Part shown: positions 9,856 to 15,706 of the stretch, piece after piece
How positions within the stretch are numbered: the stretch's first letter is position 1
Layout: each line of letters starts with the position of its first letter
Assembly (NCBI GenBank): GCA_040225955.1
Contig: JBECUL010000046.1
Location: 1 to 16,987, forward strand
From: Candidatus Asgardarchaeum abyssi
GTDB taxonomy: Archaea > Asgardarchaeota > Asgardarchaeia > Asgardarchaeales > Asgardarchaeaceae
Length of the DNA stretch: 16,987 bases
Direction: 5' to 3'
Made by a program: the position numbers and the translations under genes
Notes under the pieces: model-generated
Database searches by the model: none
What the model saw: only the letters and a program-made list of their open reading frames with translations
Told to the model about the DNA's origin: nothing

Positions 9856-9876
9856 TGATGAGGAAAATAGTAGCAA

Positions 9877-10206
9877 TTATTTAAAGCGTATAGTTCTATC
9901 TTTTATCTCCTCATTTAACTCTTTTTGTAACTTTATGATATCTTCAATTTCTACAGTATCTATACTCTCCATAGGAACTTTTAGTCTAACTACGTTTCCC
10001 ACAGCATCTATATTTTGAACATCTACGGGTATTTCAACATCAATTCCTTTTATTACAAGCTCAACTTTAAACGTAGGTATTGTAATTCTAATATTCCTTA
10101 CAATTCCAACCATACGCGCTTTGCTGTCTATTACGATCCTACCCAATAATACTCCTGGTATATTATCTAGTTCGTATAATTCAACTTCATATTCCGCGTT
10201 CTCCAT
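9877..10206 (-). CDS. PRC-barrel domain protein with C-terminal helical tail
   Basis: LLGRIVIDSKARMVGIVRNIRI...IPVDVQNIDAVGNVVRLK fits the PRC-barrel pattern. SD GGAGG upstream. Confidence 0.75.
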   Translation of the reverse strand: MENAEYEVELYELDNIPGVLLGRIVIDSKARMVGIVRNIRITIPTFKVELVIKGIDVEIPVDVQNIDAVGNVVRLKVPMESIDTVEIEDIIKLQKELNEEIKDRTIRFK

Positions 10207-10382
10207 ACTTCAACCTCCTTACACCATAATACAAACCAATAAAAACAATAGCAACATATACTCTGCATAAATAAAAACATTTTTTATTTCAATCCTATCC
10301 TATCTACACATATTTGGCAAAAATATAAAAAATAATTCTTAAAAAATACCCACAAATCAATAATCATCATTGGTGAGAATAA

Positions 10383-10661
10383 ATGAATGAAATTAATGTA
10401 AATGTGAAACTTCTTGCATCCCTTAAATATTATTTCAACAATCAACATTTGACTCTTAAATTGAGGGAGGGCGCTAATATTAATGACCTTCTGAATACTC
10501 TAAATAATATTCTAAAAGAAAAGGGTGTTAATGTTAGAATTAATGATATGGAACACTTAATTTTGATAAATAAGATACATATTTCTGCGCTGAACGGATT
10601 AAAAACCTCACTGAAAAATGGTGACGAAGTTACAATAATTCCATTAATCCATGGAGGATAG
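10383..10661 (+). CDS. Beta-grasp ubiquitin-like sulfur carrier/modifier (MoaD/SAMP/Urm1-like)
   Basis: 92 aa, C-terminal ILINK...LKTSLKNGDEVTIIPLIHGG with a terminal di-glycine. SD GGTGA upstream. Confidence 0.9.
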   Translation: MNEINVNVKLLASLKYYFNNQHLTLKLREGANINDLLNTLNNILKEKGVNVRINDMEHLILINKIHISALNGLKTSLKNGDEVTIIPLIHGG

Positions 10662-11312
10662 CTCTTTGAAACCTCTTTCTGTTAATATGGCTCTGATTCT
10701 AACACCTATTGGAGAGATTAAAAATTCTCTAAGTTCCGAATTTCCAAAAACTCTAAAAACTCCTATATCCAAATCGGTCCAAAAATTAATTAGGTTGTGG
10801 AAAAGAGGCAGTTTTCGATCAAAAGACGTAATCATATTTGTAATTATTATCTTAACTCCAAGCTTATCTGAAAAAAATCTAAAAAATCCTAACTCCCTAT
10901 TAAGTTCAAGAAAATAAGGCATTGGATTATTCTTTTCAATAACACATCTCTCCCATATAAAATGTGTAAAGTCGTCGAAAATTATTAGACTTGATTTCTT
11001 TGCCAAAAAGGGTATGTAGTCTACAATCTCTATTTGTTCCTTATAATTCTTAGGAGATAACATAACAATTTTTCTTGCTACGTACGAAAAATGTTCCTTA
11101 TTCATAATCTTAAGTCTTCTTGGGTCAAATCTGCCAGCACAATCCACATAAACAACCTTTTTCCCTCTATGTGTGAGTACAGCATTTATTGAAGCTTGTA
11201 GTGCCAAAGTAGTCTTCCCAGATCCCAGATCCCCATAAATGTGAATAACTTTTTCCCTTGATACTATTTTATCAAGGTTCGGCAATCCAAATAAAATTTC
11301 CAGTGCCCCCAA
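10644..11312 (-). CDS. RecA/RAD51-superfamily paralog lacking the N-terminal domain (RadB-like)
   Basis: GLPNLDKI, Walker A IYGDLGSGKT, VVYVDCAGRFDPRRL, Walker B-like LIIFDD, IIITN and a C-terminal LTERG. 222 aa, TTG start. Confidence 0.82.
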   Translation of the reverse strand: MGALEILFGLPNLDKIVSREKVIHIYGDLGSGKTTLALQASINAVLTHRGKKVVYVDCAGRFDPRRLKIMNKEHFSYVARKIVMLSPKNYKEQIEIVDYIPFLAKKSSLIIFDDFTHFIWERCVIEKNNPMPYFLELNRELGFFRFFSDKLGVKIIITNMITSFDRKLPLFHNLINFWTDLDIGVFRVFGNSELREFLISPIGVRIRAILTERGFKELSSMD

Positions 11313-11342
11313 TATGGTATTTCGCTCAATATGTCAAAACGT

Positions 11343-11414
11343 AATACTTAAGGTAATTCTAAAATATTCTACTCATAAAGTTATTAAAAACTCATTTTTA
11401 TTACCTTAAGTATT
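11343..11414. repeat. Perfect 15-bp inverted repeat with 42-bp spacer
   Basis: AATACTTAAGGTAAT (11343-11357) and ATTACCTTAAGTATT (11400-11414) are exact reverse complements. Confidence 0.85.
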
Positions 11415-11971
11415 TTTAATGAAATAGAATCCTCAAATACTCATTTAAGAAAATTATTAGATGGCTGTAAAAGATAAAAAACATATTGAAATTCATCTAA
11501 ATTTCAAGGATAATTATTATTTTATGATGGAGAATGAGGGTTATTTGGGTGCTGAATTATGTTAATTATGAGTATAATTCCCACTAATACTTTCTTTCTT
11601 CTTTTTACAACAGAGTTCTCAAGCTACTTTCAAATATTAAGTATATATATGTTATTTTCGTGAGTTCACTTTAAAAATACCTATCGGCTTTTATTTTCGT
11701 TTTTCCTACTAGGAGGGAAAAAATTTACAGCTTCCCTAGATTCATTCTAGCTCTTTTTTAAGCCATTTTTAAGAGCACCTTTAGTATTTTTATCATTTTC
11801 ATTTTTCATCATCCGCTAGAATACCTCTAAACCCTTTTGTCGGGCTTTTTAAGTGAGTTATAGAAAGTAGTAGTAAGGTTTTTAAATAAACTTTCAAGGT
11901 TGAGGCTTTTTGAGGTGCTCGGTGTGAGAGTGGTGAGAGTTTTCTGTTCGAATAGAATAAAAACGAATATA

Positions 11972-13186
11972 ATGAATATTAAGTACAAGAATCTCCGCAA
12001 GAGGGTCTTCATAATCTTCGTTATATTCTCACTACTCTATGCCGAGCTTATAATTACATACACTTCACCAATTGGTCCTATGAATAGCCTGGCTATCTTT
12101 GTTGATGAGAAAGGCAATGAAATAGAAAATGCAATTGGGTATTTCACAATAACTGATCGTGTACATTTCTTAATCAAAGGTCAAGGGAGATACCGTTTTA
12201 AAGTTTTATTTGATCTATTTGACTCAATTTCTTTAAAACGCAATGTTGCAGAGATTATTTACAAATATGAAATAATAATGTCGCACTTTATCAAACAAGC
12301 GTATGAAATAAAAAAGAAAATCGATAGCGAAAAAGATAAAGTAGTAAAAGAAAAACTCAAAGAACAATATATTTCTCTCTTAAAACAGAGCGAAAGTTGG
12401 ATTAGCGATTTAAAAGATTTACTGCTCAGTAAAACTGAATATGTTAAGAATAAACCGGAAGTTAATTTGCTCATACAACTTACGCGAATATATCTCCTTG
12501 GAGAAAAAACTGCAAGACAGTTTACTAAAGGATTACAGAAAGCATTGGAGTTTAAAATTTTTGGAATTTTCTCAGTATACTTTGTTACTGCTTTTGCTAT
12601 AACTTTACTGCAACATGACTCCAAACTTTATTTATCTATCACAACAGATAAAACGTTTTTAGAGTCCTTTGGAATACTACTTACAATTCTTAACCTTGTT
12701 ATCTTTAACTGTGATCTAGACCATTTAGATGGTATTTTTAATGGAGACAAAAAACCTGAGACCTTAATAATAACCAATAATAATAATGAAGAAGTAGAAA
12801 CTAGCGACAAACTATACAAGATCGAACAAGTTCTTCAATTTTTAGGAATATTTCTTGTAAGTTTAGGTATGTTTCTTAAATCCTTTGGCGCACCATTTTA
12901 TATGGGCCTAGAACTAGTACATAAAATAGGAGAAATAATAGGACAGCATCTAGGAGAACAGGCAGAGTATGTATGGAATACAGTTGCAGGATTTGAGATT
13001 CCTCTTATAGGACAAACAGTATTTGAGTTTGTAGTAAATCTTGCACTTGGTGGATGGATGGATGCTGTTATTAACAACATAGTAGGCATGGTTCTATCAT
13101 ATATAGCTGATATGATAATGAATTATATAGCTAATTTCATAGGAGATATAACTGTGGACTTCTTACTCTACAATACTATTAATTAA
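11972..13186 (+). CDS. Orphan multi-pass membrane protein with coiled-coil segment
   Basis: Long ORF (track start TTG 11900). ATG 11972 gives a basic then hydrophobic N-terminus MNIKYKNLRKRVFIIFVIFSLLYAELII. Charged helical stretch (AYEIKKKIDSEKDKVVKEKLKEQY) and several hydrophobic segments. No family recognised. Confidence 0.7.
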   Translation: MNIKYKNLRKRVFIIFVIFSLLYAELIITYTSPIGPMNSLAIFVDEKGNEIENAIGYFTITDRVHFLIKGQGRYRFKVLFDLFDSISLKRNVAEIIYKYEIIMSHFIKQAYEIKKKIDSEKDKVVKEKLKEQYISLLKQSESWISDLKDLLLSKTEYVKNKPEVNLLIQLTRIYLLGEKTARQFTKGLQKALEFKIFGIFSVYFVTAFAITLLQHDSKLYLSITTDKTFLESFGILLTILNLVIFNCDLDHLDGIFNGDKKPETLIITNNNNEEVETSDKLYKIEQVLQFLGIFLVSLGMFLKSFGAPFYMGLELVHKIGEIIGQHLGEQAEYVWNTVAGFEIPLIGQTVFEFVVNLALGGWMDAVINNIVGMVLSYIADMIMNYIANFIGDITVDFLLYNTIN

Positions 13187-13264
13187 TCCGCCTTTGGTGA
13201 ACACTTTTATTTTATTCTTTATTTCATAAATAATTAGGGGGTTGTACTATTAGGCGGTATAATT
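13181..13264. repeat. Imperfect intergenic inverted repeat/hairpin
   Basis: AATTAATCCGCCT (13181-13193) pairs imperfectly with AGGCGGTATAATT (13252-13264). Pairing extends inward with several G-T wobbles. Confidence 0.45.
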
Positions 13265-13278
13265 CTGAAAAATTTGTA

Positions 13279-14745
13279 ATGAGTGAAAAAGTAAGGAAAA
13301 TGATCTATATTGCAGAGAAACTTGTAAAAAACAAAGATTTAGTAGGTGCCTTACATTTCTATAATAGAGCTTATAGACTGTCACCTTACGATAAGGAAAT
13401 AGAAAGTAAAATTCTTAGACTTATGAATATGATTTCCGAGAAAATAAAAAATAAACATGAAGGAAATGCAATTGAAATTGATGTTAAAAAATTACTAAGA
13501 TATGCATCAGATCTAGAAAAAGATGGCGATATAGATGGAGCATCTTACTATTACAGTAGAGTGCTATATGTAGATCCTGAAAATAAAATCGCTTTAAGAA
13601 AAATACAAGAACTAAAGCAAATCTATTTCATAAGAAAACAAATGACTCTGGAAAATAAACAAAAGAAAAATCTGATAGGTATAAAGAAAGTTCAATGTTC
13701 TCCAGATGGTAAATACATCGCTTACGCTGGTTATCACTTATACCGTGATAACTTTAAAAATAAAATCATACAAGTAATAAACCTTAAAACAAAGAAGAAT
13801 GTTATAAAGATAGATACTGAAGTGGCTTTTACGGATTTTACGTGGAGCCCAGATAGTAAATATATTGCTATTGCAACCGAAAATGGTGTACTTACAATTT
13901 TTGATCTTAAAAAGAAAAAATTTTCTAAGAAATTCGATATTTCTAAGCTAATTAAATATGTTTCCCCTATTAATGACCTTTGCTGGTCTGCTGATTACAG
14001 TAAAATTGCAATGTGGATCGAAGGTGGTTTTATTTTAATAAAAAATCCACTAAAAAGCAATTGTACTTTTTATATTAAGAGATACCGTAATAATGTAGTC
14101 TCTGGTGTAAGTCTCCATCCAAATGGAAATTATCTGGCAGTTTGTGTAACTGCTGGATTATCCTCAGATGAAATCCCCTATGATCTTCTTCATATTTGGG
14201 ACTTAAAGAGAAAACGTGTGATCGCAGTATTTGAGACTCATATCAATAATAAAATCGATCACTTTCTATGGTCTTCTGATGGTAAGCACTTAATCTATAA
14301 CGAAGATAACTATATAGTAGTTGTTAATTTTGAGAAATTTGAAAAAGACTACCTCTCAGGGAAGTTTAATCACTTCTTTGAATTAAATAAAAAGCGATAT
14401 TTTCAAGGTATTCCTGGAGATAACTATATTGCGGGGGTTATTGATATTAGACCCTTAGATATAATCGAAAAATTTGAAGAGGAAATAATAAAGATTAAAA
14501 GCATTGCTTCTAGTCCAGATGGAAAATATGTTGCAGTAATTTGTAGCGATAACAGACTCGAGCTGATAAATCTTAATGATTTGAAGATTACAAATAGTTT
14601 CGACTTAAGCTGGAAATATTACTATAATGATTCTGATGATGCCCCCTCACAAGTAGAGTGGTGTCCTAGCGATAGTAAAAAACTAATTTTAAGTTGGTTG
14701 TCAGATATCACAATTATTTATTTTAACAAAGATTTCACTACATGA
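13279..14745 (+). CDS. TPR-repeat plus WD40 beta-propeller protein
   Basis: Two N-terminal TPR-like units (GALHFYNRAYRLSP, GASYYYSRVLYVDPEN), followed by WD40-type blades (CSPDGKYIA, WSPDSKYIA..IFD, WSADYSKIA, LHPNGNYLA..IWD, WSSDGKHL, SSPDGKYVA, WCPSDSKKL). Confidence 0.85.
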   Translation: MSEKVRKMIYIAEKLVKNKDLVGALHFYNRAYRLSPYDKEIESKILRLMNMISEKIKNKHEGNAIEIDVKKLLRYASDLEKDGDIDGASYYYSRVLYVDPENKIALRKIQELKQIYFIRKQMTLENKQKKNLIGIKKVQCSPDGKYIAYAGYHLYRDNFKNKIIQVINLKTKKNVIKIDTEVAFTDFTWSPDSKYIAIATENGVLTIFDLKKKKFSKKFDISKLIKYVSPINDLCWSADYSKIAMWIEGGFILIKNPLKSNCTFYIKRYRNNVVSGVSLHPNGNYLAVCVTAGLSSDEIPYDLLHIWDLKRKRVIAVFETHINNKIDHFLWSSDGKHLIYNEDNYIVVVNFEKFEKDYLSGKFNHFFELNKKRYFQGIPGDNYIAGVIDIRPLDIIEKFEEEIIKIKSIASSPDGKYVAVICSDNRLELINLNDLKITNSFDLSWKYYYNDSDDAPSQVEWCPSDSKKLILSWLSDITIIYFNKDFTT

Positions 14746-14843
14746 TGACATCCAAGAATGGGTGATACGATATTGTTTTTTATGCTTAAGAGTTAGAAAG
14801 TCATGATGATTCATCTATTAATCATCCACTCTCTGATGTTACC
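14744..14843 (+). repeat. ~100-bp doublet element copy A (two inverted ~23-nt hairpin motifs; REPIN/MITE-like)
   Basis: Left arm GATGACATCCAAGAATGGGTGAT, right arm ATCATCCACTCTCTGATGTTACC. The interior aligns by eye with the reverse complement of 14988-15086. Confidence 0.7.
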
Positions 14844-14987
14844 TTGTCTTGATAAATTTTGAAAATTTGTAATTAGACTCCATTTCATCACTCATTAGAA
14901 GATTCAGATTCGTGTACAAATGTAGGCTTTTCGGTATTGAGAGAAGGTCTTCTTTTCGTCATCTCTTCTTACTTCTGGTTATTATAT

Positions 14988-15086
14988 GACAACATTTAGA
15001 AAATGAGTGATTTATAAATGATCTACGGCATTTTAACTTTTGACCAGCAAAAAACAGTGTTATATCACCCATTCTCGGATGTTACC
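14988..15086 (-). repeat. ~100-bp doublet element copy B, inverted relative to copy A
   Basis: Its reverse complement GGTAACATCCGAGAATGGGTGATATAACACTGTTTTTTGCTGGTCAAAAGTTAAAATG...TCATTTATAAATCACTCATTTTCTAAATGTTGTC aligns along the full length of copy A. Confidence 0.72.
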
Positions 15087-15087
15087 A

Positions 15088-15185
15088 AGATCATTTATAT
15101 TTAGGGGTACGACGATACTTGTTTTCTCGCGCATATACTAACTATTGTCGTACCCTTTTTAAATCACCCATTCTTGGATGTTACT
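15088..15185 (+). repeat. Partial third copy (3' end) interrupted by an unrelated palindrome
   Basis: AGATCATTTATA (15088-15099) plus AATCACCCATTCTTGGATGTTACT (15162-15185) reconstitute the element's 3' end. Between them lies GGGTACGACGATA (15105-15117)...TATTGTCGTACCC (15143-15155). Confidence 0.62.
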
Positions 15186-15240
15186 AAAACAAAACCAAAA
15201 AATTTTTATTCACCTATTCATCTTAAATATTGAGCTAAAT

Positions 15241-15318
15241 GCCCAGGTGGTGTAGCCAGGCCTAGCATGCGGGACTGTCACTCCCGCGACCCGGGATCGA
15301 AGCCCGGCCTGGGCGCCA
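15241..15318 (+). tRNA. tRNA-Asp(GTC), CCA encoded
   Basis: Acceptor GCCCAGG/CCTGGGC, anticodon arm CGGGA-CTGTCAC-TCCCG, T-arm CCGGG-ATCGAAG-CCCGG, G73 then CCA. A T-rich tract follows. Confidence 0.95.
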
Positions 15319-15412
15319 AATTTCTATTATTTACTTTAAACTTTGTACTTTTTACTTGACGCCTTTCTGTACCATTAATTTGTGGTGTAGAGACCATAAT
15401 TCCTTTTCCTTA

Positions 15413-15426
15413 GAAAAATTTATAAG
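15413..15426 (+). promoter_or_regulatory. Putative BRE/TATA promoter of tRNA-Lys
   Basis: GAAAAA followed by TTTATAAG, ending about 32 nt upstream of the mature tRNA 5' end. Confidence 0.55.
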
Positions 15427-15458
15427 TGAAACATTGAGACTTAACACAAACCCACATA

Positions 15459-15595
15459 GGGCCCGTAGCTCAGTCGGCAGAGAAATCACCGAAAGCGCCG
15501 GATTCCACGCCGGAGGGTGTGGAAGGTGAAGCTTTTAACCGATATGATGCCGGGAAGAAACCCGGCGGTCGGGGGTTCGATTCCCCCCGGGCCCG
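15459..15595 (+). tRNA. tRNA-Lys(TTT) with three introns (15481-15493 at 22/23; 15502-15530 at 30/31; 15538-15559 at 37/38)
   Basis: Joining exons 15459-15480, 15494-15501, 15531-15537 and 15560-15595 gives a perfect 73-nt cloverleaf: GGGCCCG TA GCTC AGTCGGCA GAGC G CCGGG CTTTTAA CCCGG CGGTC GGGGG TTCGATT CCCCC CGGGCCC G. Introns 2 and 3 form canonical BHB motifs and intron 1 a relaxed BHL. Confidence 0.9.
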
Positions 15596-15706
15596 CTATG
15601 GTTTTGTGGGAGGCGGATACTTGAATATTGAAAATAACAAAAGAATTTTATTTGAAGTTTTGAAGTTTAAGGAGGTAAATCATTATTCTTATAGGTGAGT
15701 ATGTAT

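Noticed and set aside
11461-11565. 34-aa ORF MAVKDKKHIEIHLNFKDNYYFMMENEGYLGAELC
   Set aside because: No SD and no recognisable motif, and a length expected by chance. It cannot be supported.
11700-11930. Possible structured ncRNA (GAGCACCT/AGGTGCTC, ATTCTAGC/GCTAGAAT, GCTCTT/AAGAGC complementarities)
   Set aside because: The pairings are short and not mutually consistent with one fold, and no family was recognised.
593-13089. Short track ORFs overlapping real genes (593-790, 740-967, 1160-1366, 2387-2584, 2682-3023, 3098-3526, 4756-4941, 5117-5365, 5687-5950, 7452-7739, 8259-8687, 10651-10917, 11827-12012, 12259-12624, 12628-12819, 12898-13089)
   Set aside because: Antisense or alternate-frame shadows of longer ORFs, with no motifs.
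14744-15185. CRISPR mini-array
   Set aside because: Repeats alternate in orientation, spacing is about 55-145 bp, the interiors are homologous rather than unique, and no cas genes or leader are present.
13181-15185. Integron attC sites
   Set aside because: The ends give GTTAC rather than GTTRRRY, copy A lacks AAC, copies A and B are inverted rather than direct, and there is no intI in the window. Kept only as a loose analogy.
15538-15559. C/D box sRNA in intron 3 (ATGATG)
   Set aside because: The intron is only 22 nt and has no CTGA D box.
15549-15566. GCCGGG-AAGAAA-CCCGGC as the true anticodon arm
   Set aside because: The loop is 6 nt with no U33. The three-intron model gives a canonical CTTTTAA loop with BHB motifs.
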